A stretch of 64,000 nt of DNA from Vicinamibacteria bacterium (GCA_963555995.3 OY821641.1:2432001-2496000), one strand, 5' to 3'. Shown: positions 47,791 to 58,256, numbered from the stretch's first letter. A program made the numbers and translations. The notes: generated by a model from the letters alone, not told the origin.

Positions 47791-50286
47791 TCAGGGCGGC
47801 ACGTCCCGGAACGCACTGATGGACATGCGGCCGTCCGGGGCGACGGTGACGGTCAACGCGCCGTAGCGATCGGTCCGATAGACCCGGGCGCCGCTCCGCC
47901 GGAGCCGCTCCAGGACCCCGGCGTCGGGAAGGCGCCGTCGGGGGTCGGCGCGGACCGAGACCAGCGCCACCTCGGGCGCCACCGCGGCGAGGAACTCCGG
48001 GGTGGTCGAGAACCGGCTGCCGTGGTGGCCGACCTTGAGCACGTCGGCCCCGAGCGCGGCGCCGTAGCGACCGAGCAGCACCCGCTCGGTCGCCTCCCCC
48101 GCGTCGCCGGTGAGCAGCAGCCGCCTCCCGGCGTAGTCCACCGCCAGCACCAGGGAACGCTCGTTGGGGTGTGCTTCCCGCTCGGCGCCGTGGTCGCCGG
48201 CGAGCAGCACCGAGAAGCGGGCGCCTCCCAGCTCGAACCGCTCGCCGACCCGGAGACGGCGCAGCGGGACCCGCCGCCGGGCGCGCTCCCCGTGCATCTC
48301 CCGGACGGCGGGCCGTGCGTCCTCCGCGGTTCCGCTTCCCTCCCAGACCTCGTCCACGCCGAAATTTCGGAAGACCGCCGGGAACCCCCCGACGTGATCC
48401 AGATCGCCGTGCGTGGGAACGGCGGCGCGGAGCCGCCGGTAGCCGGCGTCCGCCAGGAAGGGAGTGACGACGGCCTCTCCGGCGCTCCAGCCGCCGAAGG
48501 CGGTACCCGCGTCAAGCAGCACCACCCCGCCAGCCGGAAGCCCGAGGACCAGGGCGTCCCCCATCCCCACGTCGAGGGCCGTGAACCGGAGCGTCCCGTC
48601 GGCCGGCGCCCTGAGGGGCAGCGTGGAGACGGCCAGCAGCACCAGGGGGATGGCCGGGAGGACCCTCCGTCTGCTGCGGCGCTCCAGGAGGATGATCGCC
48701 GGCGCCAGCCAGGCCAGGAGCCACCAGAGCCCCGGCCGGGCCACGGGAAAGGCGCCGAACGGGAGCCCGGCGCCCCATTCGCTGAGCCGGATCAGGGTCT
48801 CGGCAGCGACCGTCAGCAACCAGCCCACCGCCTCCCCGGGGAGACCGGTCCCGGCAAGCGCCAGCCAGGCGAACCCGAGGCCGAGCACCGGCCCCGCCAG
48901 GAGGCCTGCGGGAACCGCCACCAGCAAGCCCCCGAAGACCACGCGGCCGAAGTGCCAGGCGACGATGGGGAAGGTGGCGAGCTGCGCCGCCAGCGTCACC
49001 CCGAGCGGAGCGAGGATCCAGGCCCGCCAGCGCGGCGCGGGGTCCCAGGAGCCGGCGGCCGGGTCCTCCGGGCGGAAGGCGGCGATGATCGCGAGGGTGG
49101 CGGCGAAGCTGAGCTGGAACCCCACGTCGAGCGCGTTCCACGGGGAATGGGCGAGCAGCGCCAGCGCCGCGAGTCCCAGCCCGTTCAGGGCGTGGCCGGT
49201 GAGACCCCGGCGCAGGCCGAGGATCACCACGGCCGCCATCAGCACCGCCCGGACCACGGAGGGACGCCCCCCGCAGAGCGCGGCGTAGAGCGGGAGCAGG
49301 AGGAGCAGCACGGTGAGCGCGGTCCGCCGCGGCACGCCGGCCAGCGCGAGCGTCCCGTAGACCAGCAGGCTCAACAGTCCGACGTGGAGTCCGCTCACCG
49401 CCATCAGGTGGAGCGTGCCCGCGTCGCGGAACGCCCGCTCCGTCTCCGGGAGCGCCCGCGCGCGGTCGCCGATGAGCATCGCGGTAACGACCCCCAGTAC
49501 GTCGTCCGGGAAGCCGCCACCCGAGAGGCGGTCCCGGATCCGGGACCGGACCCGCTGAAGGACCCGCCAGGGCGCGGGACCCGGCGCGATCTCGCGCACC
49601 AGCAGGCCGCTCTTGGTCGAACCGAAGAGGGCGACCGGACCCCGAATCTCCCGGCCGCCCGGATTCGCCGGCGGGCGCGGTTCGGAAACCCGGGACCAGA
49701 CCGCGATCCGCGCCCCCCGGGCGAGGCGCCGGAGGCGGCCCCGGTGCCCGCCCCCCACGCCGACCGAGACCTCGCCCTCGACCTCCCACGCCCCTCGGCC
49801 CGCGCCCAGCCGGTCCACCCGCAGCGCCAGCGAGGTGCGCCAGCCGGAGTCTTCCGGCTCCGCCCGGAGCACACCCTCGAGGCGGACGGGGCGGCTCAGG
49901 CGCTCGGTTCCCAGGCCGCGGACGGCCCGCGCCAGCGAGGACTCCGAACCGGGAACGGGGCGGGAAAGGACACCCGCGAGGAAGGCGGCGAGCAGGAGCA
50001 GGCCGGTCCTCGCGCCGGGACCGAGGCCGGACGGGCCGCGCACCCGGCGCTCGGCCAGGAGACCCGGGAGGAGCCCCCCGACCCCGACGAGCAGCAGCAC
50101 GGCCGGCAGGGGGCCGGATTCCGGCCCCGGATCGGGCATTGAGGCCGACGCGGCAATGCCTACCCAGAAGGCGGCGGCCAGCAGGAGGAGGGGCGCGGGC
50201 GCGGTTCCGCCGGGGGAAGGCGCCGGGGAGGAGCGGTCCCGCGGCTCGCTCCGGGCGCCGGGAGGGCGGGTACCGGTGCTCGCCAC
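47791..50286 (-). CDS. comEC: Competence protein ComEC/Rec2 (start approximate)
   Basis: H..AVSGLH, S..RA, GFQLSF, DVG.GD, THGDLDH, LLTGD and KVGHHGS motifs. Confidence 0.92.
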   Translation of the reverse strand: MASTGTRPPGARSEPRDRSSPAPSPGGTAPAPLLLLAAAFWVGIAASASMPDPGPESGPLPAVLLLVGVGGLLPGLLAERRVRGPSGLGPGARTGLLLLAAFLAGVLSRPVPGSESSLARAVRGLGTERLSRPVRLEGVLRAEPEDSGWRTSLALRVDRLGAGRGAWEVEGEVSVGVGGGHRGRLRRLARGARIAVWSRVSEPRPPANPGGREIRGPVALFGSTKSGLLVREIAPGPAPWRVLQRVRSRIRDRLSGGGFPDDVLGVVTAMLIGDRARALPETERAFRDAGTLHLMAVSGLHVGLLSLLVYGTLALAGVPRRTALTVLLLLLPLYAALCGGRPSVVRAVLMAAVVILGLRRGLTGHALNGLGLAALALLAHSPWNALDVGFQLSFAATLAIIAAFRPEDPAAGSWDPAPRWRAWILAPLGVTLAAQLATFPIVAWHFGRVVFGGLLVAVPAGLLAGPVLGLGFAWLALAGTGLPGEAVGWLLTVAAETLIRLSEWGAGLPFGAFPVARPGLWWLLAWLAPAIILLERRSRRRVLPAIPLVLLAVSTLPLRAPADGTLRFTALDVGMGDALVLGLPAGGVVLLDAGTAFGGWSAGEAVVTPFLADAGYRRLRAAVPTHGDLDHVGGFPAVFRNFGVDEVWEGSGTAEDARPAVREMHGERARRRVPLRRLRVGERFELGGARFSVLLAGDHGAEREAHPNERSLVLAVDYAGRRLLLTGDAGEATERVLLGRYGAALGADVLKVGHHGSRFSTTPEFLAAVAPEVALVSVRADPRRRLPDAGVLERLRRSGARVYRTDRYGALTVTVAPDGRMSISAFRDVPP

Positions 50287-50297
50287 CGGCGGCAGGT

Positions 50298-50972
50298 CTA
50301 TTCGGTGAGTGGCCCCAGCCCGAAGAACTCGCCCACCCGCCGCCGGACCGCGCGATCGAACGTCGTCCGCCAGGTGGATTCCGGCATGCGCGTCCGAAAC
50401 GGTGCGAGTCTGTTGCGCACCTCGGTCTCGATCTCCTCGCGGGCGGCGTCGGGGAGGGCCGCCTGAAGACGAATCACAAGTTCGTTTTCGATCCTCCGGA
50501 CCGTTTCCCCGGCGCTCGCCGAGGCAGGGTTGGACTTGCCGAGCCGCTCGATCCGCGCGGCCGCGTCGCGGGCCGCGGCAACGAGATCGCCCGCCGCGTC
50601 CGGGTTCCTGAGGCGCCCGCCGCCGGGCGACCAACGCCGCAGCCGATCCACGAGCCGCTCGTGGCCGGCCTCGGCCTCCGGCGCCGTCTCGCCGGGGGTG
50701 GCGGCGCCGGCCCGCCGGACCCGCCGCGCGTCGAACGCGGCCTCGACCGCCCGGGCGCACTCGGCGAGCGGCATTCGGGAAGACACGCGGACCTTTCCCG
50801 AGAAGGTCGCCCGGATCCCGGAAAGGACCGCTTCCAGCGGAATCCGGCGCTCCTCCCAGCGGCGGACCACGTCCCAGTCGGCCGGACTCAGCACCAGACC
50901 GCCCCCGCGGAGATCGAGGAAGGCGCGTTCCACCGCCCGGAAGTAGTCGTCGGGGGCCGGCGGGGAGTTCAT
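50298..50972 (-). CDS. Conserved hypothetical protein
   Basis: YF..VE..F...RG...LSP.DW....W....IPLE.V..GI motif; ATGA-coupled to birA. Confidence 0.7.
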   Translation of the reverse strand: MNSPPAPDDYFRAVERAFLDLRGGGLVLSPADWDVVRRWEERRIPLEAVLSGIRATFSGKVRVSSRMPLAECARAVEAAFDARRVRRAGAATPGETAPEAEAGHERLVDRLRRWSPGGGRLRNPDAAGDLVAAARDAAARIERLGKSNPASASAGETVRRIENELVIRLQAALPDAAREEIETEVRNRLAPFRTRMPESTWRTTFDRAVRRRVGEFFGLGPLTE

Positions 50973-51919
50973 CCGGACGCCGTCGCCGGCCGGCGCCCCG
51001 CACGCGGGGAGGCATGGAGGATGCGGACGGCGTCACCCTCGGTCACCACCCGAACCGCGCCACCGGCGACCCGGACCCGCAGGCCGCCCCCGGTGTCGAG
51101 GCCGTCGGTCGTCCCGAGTACCGGCGCGGCGGCGCGCAATCGCACGTCGCAGCGGCAGCCGCGCGCGGTGGGGCTGAGCGATTCCCAGGCGGCACGGAGC
51201 GACGCCGGGTCCTTCCGGAGCAGATCGAGGGCGCCGCGCAGGGACATGACCAGGGCGCCGGCAAGTCCGGCCCGGTCCACCCCTGCCGGGAGCCAGCCCG
51301 GCGGCCGGGCGCCGCGCGGGGCCGGGGAACCCGAGGCATCCGTCGTCACGACCTCCGGGAGCGCAACCGGCGTCAGGTTGACCCCGAACCCCACCACCGC
51401 CAGCCGGGGAGCGTCCCTCCGGAACCCGACCTCGGCCAGCACGCCGGCGACCTTCCTGCCCTCCCGGTCAAGGTCGTTCGGCCATCGGAGTTCCGCCGGC
51501 GCCCCGGCGACCCGCCGCACCGCCCGCGCCACGGCGACTCCGGCCGCGAGCGGCAGCAGGGTCAGCGGATCCGCCGGCGGCTCGCCGGTTCCCGCCGGAG
51601 GTTCGACGAGGACGCTCAGGTAGAGCCCGCCCGGCGGCGAGACCCAGGTCCGGCCGAAGCGCCCCTTTCCCCGCGTCTGGGTTTCGGCGATCACCACGCT
51701 TCCCGCCACGCGCGCCGCTGCCCCGGCGTCGAGCGCGATCGCCTTGGCGACTTCGTTCGTGGACGGGACGCGCTCCCAGACGCCGACGAACGGCGACGGC
51801 CGAGCGGGGATGGCGTCGCGGACGGCGGTCCGCAATGACCGCGCGGTCCTTACCGAACGGGCGGGCGCAGCGGCGGCCGGCTTCACGGCGGCTGCCGGCT
51901 CGATGCCTCCGTTCGGCAA
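50969..51919 (-). CDS. birA: Biotin--[acetyl-CoA-carboxylase] ligase (start uncertain)
   Basis: STN, AE.QT.GKGR.GR.W.SP, WPND, KVAGVL.E and G.G.NL motifs. Confidence 0.9.
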   Translation of the reverse strand: MPNGGIEPAAAVKPAAAAPARSVRTARSLRTAVRDAIPARPSPFVGVWERVPSTNEVAKAIALDAGAAARVAGSVVIAETQTRGKGRFGRTWVSPPGGLYLSVLVEPPAGTGEPPADPLTLLPLAAGVAVARAVRRVAGAPAELRWPNDLDREGRKVAGVLAEVGFRRDAPRLAVVGFGVNLTPVALPEVVTTDASGSPAPRGARPPGWLPAGVDRAGLAGALVMSLRGALDLLRKDPASLRAAWESLSPTARGCRCDVRLRAAAPVLGTTDGLDTGGGLRVRVAGGAVRVVTEGDAVRILHASPRAGRRPATASG

Positions 51920-51924
51920 GGCGT

Positions 51925-52383
51925 CTACCGGACGGCGCGCCGGCGGCGGAGCTCGGCGAGCCGCGACCCGAGAACCCGGGCGGCCTCCGAGGTCGGGGTG
52001 TCCGGCCCGAACACCTCGGCGACGCCCAGCTCGCGGAGATGGCCGACGTCCCGGTCGGGGATCACCCCGCCGACGAAGACGGGGACCTCCGCGAGCCCCC
52101 GCTCGGAGAGCCCTTCGAGGATCCGGCGGACCAGCGGACGGTGGGCGCCCGAAAGGATGGAGATGCCGACCGCCTCCACGTCTTCCTGCAGCGCCGCCTC
52201 GACAATTTCTTCCGGAGTTCTCCTGAGCCCCGTATAGATCACCTCGAATCCCGCGTCGCGGAGCGCCTTCGCCACCACCAGCGCCCCGCGGTCGTGTCCG
52301 TCGAGCCCCGGTTTCGCGACCAGGATGCGGTACGGCGGACTCGCCGCCCCACCGCTCACGGCGCCGCCGGCGGTCCCGCTCAC
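51925..52383 (-). CDS. Stand-alone cobalamin-binding subunit of an acyl-CoA mutase
   Basis: KPGLDGHDRGA, RDAGFEVIY.G, S.LSGAH and GG.IP motifs. Confidence 0.92.
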   Translation of the reverse strand: MSGTAGGAVSGGAASPPYRILVAKPGLDGHDRGALVVAKALRDAGFEVIYTGLRRTPEEIVEAALQEDVEAVGISILSGAHRPLVRRILEGLSERGLAEVPVFVGGVIPDRDVGHLRELGVAEVFGPDTPTSEAARVLGSRLAELRRRRAVR

Positions 52384-55300
52384 ATCGCGCGGCGGTAACG
52401 GCCGCCGACCTCGTAGAGCGCCCCGGTGATCTGACCGAGGCTCGCCACCGTGACCGTCTCCATCAGCTCGGCGAAGACGTTGCCGCCCGACCGGGCCACC
52501 TCCTGCAGCCTCGAGAGCGCCTCCGGGGCGTCCTTCGCGTGACGCCGGCGGAACGCCTCCACGCGCAGCACCTGCGCTTCCTTCTCGTCGTCGGTGGCGC
52601 GCGCCAGCGGGACCGCTTCCGGAGACTCGTCTTCGGGATCCCCCAGGAAGGTGTTCACGCCGATGATGGGGATTTCGCCGGAGTCCTTCCGGGTCTCGTA
52701 GAGGAGCGACTCTTCCTGGATCCGGTTGCGCTGGTACTGGCGTTCCATGGCGGCCAGCACGCCGCCGCGGGCGCTCAGGCGGTCGAACTCGGCGAGCACC
52801 GCCTCCTCGACGAGATCGGTGAGCTGGGAAACGATGAACGAACCCGAGAGCGGGTTCTCGTTCCAGGCCATGCCGAACTCGGCGCGGATGATCTTCTGGA
52901 TGGCCACCGCGCGCCGCACCGATTCCGGCGTGGGGGTGGTGATGGCTTCGTCGTAGGCGTTGGTGTGGAGCGAGTTGCAGTTGTCGTTCGTCGCGATGAG
53001 CGCCTGGAGCGTGGTCCGGATGTCGTTGAACTGCACCTCCTGGGCGTGGAGCGAACGGCCGGAGGTTTGGATGTGGACCTTGAACTTCTGGCTCCGCTCC
53101 CCGGCGCCGTAGCGGAGCTTCATGGCGCGCGCCCAGATGCGCCGGGCCACCCGCGCCATGACCGCGTACTCGGGATCGAGGCCGTTGCTGAAGAAGAAGG
53201 AGAGATTCGGCGCGAAGGCGTCCACCGGGAGGCCGCGGGCCAGGTAGTACTCGACGTAGGTGAAGCCGTTCGCCAGGGTGAAGGCGAGCTGGGTGATGGG
53301 GTTCGCTCCGGCTTCGGCGATGTGGTAGCCGGAAATCGAGACCGAATAGAAGTTCCGGACCCCGCGCTCGATGAAGTGCTCCTGGACGTCCCCCATCAGC
53401 CGGAGCGCGAAACCGGTGGAGAAGATGCAGGTGTTCTGGGCCTGGTCCTCCTTGAGGATGTCCGCCTGCACCGTGCCGCGCACCGCCGAGAGCGTCCGGG
53501 CCTTCAGCTCGCCGTGCTCGCCGGCCGAGGGCGGACGCCCGTGCTCGTCCTCGAAGATCTTCTCTTCCTGCCGCACTGCGGCGTTCAGGAACATCGCGAG
53601 GATCACCGGCGCGGGGCCGTTGATCGTCATCGAGACGCTGGTCGCCGGGTCGGTGAGCCGGAACCCCTCGAACATCTCGCACATGTCGTCGAGCGTGGCG
53701 ATGGACACCCCGCCCTCCCCGATCTTGCCGAAGATGTCCGGCCGGCGGGCCGGGTCGTCGCCGTAGAGCGTCACGCTGTCGAAGGCCACCGAGAGCCGCG
53801 TGGCCTCCTCGGACTCCGCGAGCAGGTGGAACCTCCGGTTGGTGCGGGCCGGGCCGCCCTCTCCCGCGAACTGCCGCCGCGGGCTCTCTTCCTCCCGCCG
53901 GAACGGGAAGACCCCCGCGGTGAACGGATAGTGCCCAGGCAGGTTCTCGTCGAGCAGGAAGCGCAGCGTGTCCCGCCCGCTTCCGAAACGCGGCAGCGCG
54001 ACCCGCGGCAGCCGGGTGCCGGAAAGCGTTTCCCGATGGGTCCCGTACTCGCGCACCCGGTCCCGGACCCGCGCCTGGTATCGGGGAGCCTGATAGCGGG
54101 CCGCCAACTCCGGCCAGCCCGCGAGCAGTTCCCGGCTCTCGGGTTCGAGTTCACCCCTGGCCTCGGCGAGGCGCGCCTCGACGGCCTCGGCGGCCGCATC
54201 GGCGCCTCCGGCGGCCCGCAGGTCGGCGGCGGCCGCCTCGAGGTGCTCGACCCGTCCGGCCCGCTCGGCCTCGGCGGCAACCCGCTCCCGCTCGCCGCGG
54301 AGGGTGTCGGCGATCTCGGCCAGATAGCCGGCGCGCGCCGGGGGAAGGAGGCGCACCCCGGCGAACAGGTCGTCGGGACGCCCGCTGAGCGGCGGCGGGA
54401 GCTCCGTCTCCGTCCCGGCCAGACCGTCCCGGACGACCTCGTAGAGCCGGTCGAGCCCGGGGTCCGCGAACCGGCTCGCCACCGTCGGCAGCACCGGCGC
54501 CGGGGCGTGGCGCGGCAGCGAGCGCGCCCGCTGGAAGGCCCGGCGCACCGCGAAGAGCGCGTCCTCGGCGCCCGGATGGTCGGCCTTGTTGAGCGCCACC
54601 GCGTCCGCCAGGTCCAGCATGTCGATCTTTTCGAGCTGGCTCTCGGCGCCGTAGTCGGACGTCATCACGTAGAGCGAGAAGTCGCTGATGTCCACGATCC
54701 GCGAGTCACCCTGCCCGATGCCGCCCGTCTCCACCACGAGGAGATCGCAGCCGGCGGCCCGCAGGACGAGGAGCGCGTCGTCCACCACGGTCGCGAGCTC
54801 GGTGCCCGAACGGCGGGTGGCCACGCTGCGGACGAACACGTCCGTATCCGTGATCGCGTTCAGCCGGATGCGGTCGCCGAGGAGCGCGCCCCCGGTGCGC
54901 CGCTTCGAGGGGTCCACCGCGAGGACGCCGATCCGTTGCACCGGCCCGGAACCCCCGGAACCAAGGTCGGGCTGCCCGGCGCGGAACCGGAGCAGCAACT
55001 CGTCGAGGACCGAACTCTTGCCCGCGCCGCCCGTACCCGTGATGCCCAACACCGGGGCGGGCGCCCCCACGAGCTCCGCGAGCGCCGCCCGGTCGGCGGC
55101 CTCCAGCCCTTCGTTCTCGGCGAAGCTGATCAGCCGCGCCGCCGCGCCGGTGCGCCGGTGCGGATCGTCTCCTCCGAGGTCCGCGATCAGCTCTTCGAAA
55201 GGCGTCTCGGCGCGCGCGGCGCGCGCCTCGGCGGCGTCGCGCAGCATGTCGTCCACCACGCCTTCGATGCCGGTGACCCGATCGTCCCCGGGGGAATAGA

Positions 55301-55703
55301 TGCGCGCCACCCCGTACGCCTCGAGACCGGCCGCCTCGTGAGGCCGGATCACGCCCCCGCCGCCTCCGAATACCCGGATCCCGCCTCGCCCGGCCTCGCG
55401 GAGGAGGTCCACCAGGTAGCGGAAGAACTCGTTGTGTCCCCCCTGGTAGGAGGAGACGGCGATGGCGTCCGCGTCCTCTTCGAGGGCGGCGGCGGCGATC
55501 TCGCCGGCGCCCCGGTTGTGACCCAGGTGAATGACCTCGGCGCCGCCCCGCTGCAGGAGGCGGCGGAAGACGTGGATCGAGGCGTCGTGGCCGTCGAACA
55601 GCGCGGTCGCCGTGACGAAGCGGAGCGGAAGCTCCGCCAGCGGATCGAAGGGAACCCGCGAGGGCTCAGGATCGGCCGGGGAAAGACGGACGCGCGTGCT
55701 CAA
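52380..55703 (-). CDS. icmF: Fused isobutyryl-CoA mutase / MeaB-like GTPase (start approximate)
   Basis: N-terminal LFDGHDAS B12 domain; GITGTGGAGKSS and LGDRIR GTPase motifs; mutase domain with FAGEG, DILKEDQAQNT and SLHTNAYDEA. Confidence 0.9.
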   Translation of the reverse strand: MSTRVRLSPADPEPSRVPFDPLAELPLRFVTATALFDGHDASIHVFRRLLQRGGAEVIHLGHNRGAGEIAAAALEEDADAIAVSSYQGGHNEFFRYLVDLLREAGRGGIRVFGGGGGVIRPHEAAGLEAYGVARIYSPGDDRVTGIEGVVDDMLRDAAEARAARAETPFEELIADLGGDDPHRRTGAAARLISFAENEGLEAADRAALAELVGAPAPVLGITGTGGAGKSSVLDELLLRFRAGQPDLGSGGSGPVQRIGVLAVDPSKRRTGGALLGDRIRLNAITDTDVFVRSVATRRSGTELATVVDDALLVLRAAGCDLLVVETGGIGQGDSRIVDISDFSLYVMTSDYGAESQLEKIDMLDLADAVALNKADHPGAEDALFAVRRAFQRARSLPRHAPAPVLPTVASRFADPGLDRLYEVVRDGLAGTETELPPPLSGRPDDLFAGVRLLPPARAGYLAEIADTLRGERERVAAEAERAGRVEHLEAAAADLRAAGGADAAAEAVEARLAEARGELEPESRELLAGWPELAARYQAPRYQARVRDRVREYGTHRETLSGTRLPRVALPRFGSGRDTLRFLLDENLPGHYPFTAGVFPFRREEESPRRQFAGEGGPARTNRRFHLLAESEEATRLSVAFDSVTLYGDDPARRPDIFGKIGEGGVSIATLDDMCEMFEGFRLTDPATSVSMTINGPAPVILAMFLNAAVRQEEKIFEDEHGRPPSAGEHGELKARTLSAVRGTVQADILKEDQAQNTCIFSTGFALRLMGDVQEHFIERGVRNFYSVSISGYHIAEAGANPITQLAFTLANGFTYVEYYLARGLPVDAFAPNLSFFFSNGLDPEYAVMARVARRIWARAMKLRYGAGERSQKFKVHIQTSGRSLHAQEVQFNDIRTTLQALIATNDNCNSLHTNAYDEAITTPTPESVRRAVAIQKIIRAEFGMAWNENPLSGSFIVSQLTDLVEEAVLAEFDRLSARGGVLAAMERQYQRNRIQEESLLYETRKDSGEIPIIGVNTFLGDPEDESPEAVPLARATDDEKEAQVLRVEAFRRRHAKDAPEALSRLQEVARSGGNVFAELMETVTVASLGQITGALYEVGGRYRRAM

Positions 55704-55850
55704 CTTGACTGCCTGTTGACGACTGGGGACACCTCTTCGGAAACCGTAGCACTCCTGCGGCAACGCGGGAGGCGCGGACGGGGACCGTCGGCCGCCGTCC
55801 GTGGGCGCGCCATCCGGCGCCCCCACGGGGAAAGACCCGGAATCCGGCTC

Positions 55851-56171
55851 TCAGGACGCCCCGAGGGACTCTCCGCCGGGCTCCCGATTGAGGCGGTCGC
55901 GCAGCGCTTTCCCCGCCCGGAAGAACGGCACCCGCTTGGGAGGCACCATGATCGGCTCGCCGGTTCTCGGGTTACGCGTGAGGCGCGCCTTCCGGCTGCG
56001 CAGACGGAAACTGCCGAAGCCGCGAATCTCCACCTCGTCTCCGGCGCGGAGCGCTCCGGCGATCGCGTCAAAGACCGTCTCCACGATGAGATCGGCGTCG
56101 CGGCGCGTGATCCCGGTGGCTTCCGATACGTCGGCGGCCAGGCGGGCGCGGGTGATCGCCGTGTCGCTCAC
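55851..56171 (-). CDS. HU / integration host factor subunit
   Basis: VEIRGFGSF, RNPRTGE and P.FRAGK.L motifs; downstream of rpsA as ihfB usually is. Confidence 0.92.
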   Translation of the reverse strand: MSDTAITRARLAADVSEATGITRRDADLIVETVFDAIAGALRAGDEVEIRGFGSFRLRSRKARLTRNPRTGEPIMVPPKRVPFFRAGKALRDRLNREPGGESLGAS

Positions 56172-58021
56172 CGCTTCCAGACGTCTCCGATCTTGACGGA
56201 CACCTCGCCCGATTCGCCGTGCCGGGTATAGCCCTCTTCGGCCGCCTTGAGCGAGAGTCCCACCTTGCGGTCGTCACGGCTGAGCCGGACGATCCGCAGC
56301 TTGAGCGGCTGCCCCAGGTGCAGCCGGTCCTCCGCCTTGGCCGGCGGGGGCTCGTCAATGTCGTTCAGGCGCAACAGGCCCTCGATCCCTTCCTCGATCT
56401 GGACGAACGCGCCGAAGTCCGCGAAACGGATCACCGTGCCGTCCACCAGATCGCCTTCCTGGTGCCGGGTGAAGAAGCCCTCCCACGCGTCGTCCGAAAG
56501 CTGCTTGAGTCCGAGCGAGAGGCGGCGGTTCTCCGGATCGATGCTGAGCACCACGGTCTCCACCGAATCGCCGACCCGCAGGACCTCGGAAGGATGATTG
56601 ATCCGCTTGTTCCAGCTCAGGTCGGAGATGTGGATCAGCCCGTCAATCGAGTTGTCCACCTCGATGAACGCGCCGAAATCGGTGAACTTCCGCACCGTCC
56701 CGGTGAGGCGCGAACCGATCGGGTACTGCTCGGCGAGCCGCGGCCACGGGTTCGGTTCGACCTGCTTCAGGCCGAGACTGATCCGCCGGGCCTTGAAGTC
56801 CACCCGGAGCACCATCGCTTCCACGAAATCGCCCTTGGAGAGCAGCTTCGAGGGGTGCTTGGTGCGGCTGCTCCAGCTCATCTCGCTGACGTGGATGAGC
56901 CCCTCGACGCCGGGCTCCATCTCGATGAAGGCGCCGTAGTCGGTGAGGCTGACCACCTTCCCGCGGACGCGGGTTCCCACCGAGTAACGCTCGTGGGCCG
57001 TGGTCCAGGGGTCCACGTTGAGCTGCTTGTAGCCGAGTGAGACCCGCTCCGCTTCGGCGTCGAAGCGGAGGATGACGACCTCGATCTGGTCGCCGACCTT
57101 CATGAGCTCCGAGGGATGCTCCAGCCGGCGGAAGGACATCTCCCGGATGTGGAGCAGGCCGCAGATTCCGCCGATGTCCACGAAGGCGCCGTACTCGGTG
57201 AGATCGCGGACCTCGCCCCGGAACACGCGCCCCACCTCGAGCGCCGCGAGGGTCTTCGTCTTCTCTTCCTCGAGGACCACCCGGCGCGAGAGCACGATGT
57301 TGCCCCGGCGCTTGTTCAGCTTGATGACCCGCAGCTCGAGTTCGCGGCCCTTGTAGCTGCCGAGGTTCCTCACGGGACGGAGGTCCACCTGGGAGCCGGG
57401 GAGGAAACCCCGCACCCCGATCTCCCCGATGTCCACCTCGAGGCCGCCGCGGATCCGGTCCACGACCCGGCCCCGGACCGGCGTCTGCTTCTCGAACGCG
57501 TCCTCGATCTGGTTCCAGACCTTCATCTTCTCGGCCTTGCGATGCGAAAGCACGAGGTGGCCGCGGCGGTTGTCGGCGCGCTGGACGAGGACATCGATTT
57601 CGTCCCCTTCCCGCACCCGGACGTTCCCGTCCACGTCCCGGAACTCGTCGAGCGGGATGATGCCCTCGGACTTGTAACCGACATCCACGATCACGTCGGA
57701 GTCGGTCATGTGGAGGACCGTCCCGGTGACGATGTCCCCCTCCGCCAGGTGCGTCTCGTACTGCTCGAGGAAGGCCTCGAACTCGGCGGCTTCCTCCGCC
57801 GAAACCTTCGACGGCGCGCCGTCCGGGGGCGCTGCGGCGCCGTTGCCCGCGGAGCCTGCCGCTTCGGGAACTTCGGCAGCGCCGTCTCCCTCGCTGACGG
57901 CCGCTTCGACCGCTTCGGCCGGGGTCTCGGCCGTTTCCCCGGCGATCACCGCGGTCGCTTGCTCCGCGGTTACCTCACTTGCGACCGCCACTGCGGCCGC
58001 TCCCTCGTCCGTTTCGGGCAT
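56168..58021 (-). CDS. rpsA: 30S ribosomal protein S1
   Basis: Six S1 repeats (VDVGYKSEG, FLPGSQVD, YGAFVD, GLIHVSEMSW, GLIHISDLSW); ATG at 58021 follows GAGGG. Confidence 0.96.
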   Translation of the reverse strand: MPETDEGAAAVAVASEVTAEQATAVIAGETAETPAEAVEAAVSEGDGAAEVPEAAGSAGNGAAAPPDGAPSKVSAEEAAEFEAFLEQYETHLAEGDIVTGTVLHMTDSDVIVDVGYKSEGIIPLDEFRDVDGNVRVREGDEIDVLVQRADNRRGHLVLSHRKAEKMKVWNQIEDAFEKQTPVRGRVVDRIRGGLEVDIGEIGVRGFLPGSQVDLRPVRNLGSYKGRELELRVIKLNKRRGNIVLSRRVVLEEEKTKTLAALEVGRVFRGEVRDLTEYGAFVDIGGICGLLHIREMSFRRLEHPSELMKVGDQIEVVILRFDAEAERVSLGYKQLNVDPWTTAHERYSVGTRVRGKVVSLTDYGAFIEMEPGVEGLIHVSEMSWSSRTKHPSKLLSKGDFVEAMVLRVDFKARRISLGLKQVEPNPWPRLAEQYPIGSRLTGTVRKFTDFGAFIEVDNSIDGLIHISDLSWNKRINHPSEVLRVGDSVETVVLSIDPENRRLSLGLKQLSDDAWEGFFTRHQEGDLVDGTVIRFADFGAFVQIEEGIEGLLRLNDIDEPPPAKAEDRLHLGQPLKLRIVRLSRDDRKVGLSLKAAEEGYTRHGESGEVSVKIGDVWKR

Positions 58022-58169
58022 ACCCTCTCTCATTGAGCAGAAAAGACTCCTGGTTGCGCGGGGGAGTTCGGACACACGGGAAACCACCCGCTCCGAAGAC
58101 CCCTCTTGCCCCCGCTCCATGGGCCCTCAGGCCCGGCGGCGAACGCCGTAGTGACGCGGGGAGCCGCCC

Positions 58170-58199
58170 ATACTAGGCGCGCGCGGGACCGGTTGTCAA
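58170..58199 (-). promoter_or_regulatory. Sigma70-type promoter of rpsA
   Basis: TTGACA-N18-TAGTAT on the minus strand. Confidence 0.6.
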
Positions 58200-58256
58200 C
58201 GGAGCCCGCCGGGTTCGCGCCGCCGGTTTTTCGTCTGGAGGCCGATGCCCTCCGGG

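Noticed and set aside
58022-58165. Structured rpsA leader as a named ncRNA
   Set aside because: Hairpins are possible but expected at this GC content, and I recognise no specific family
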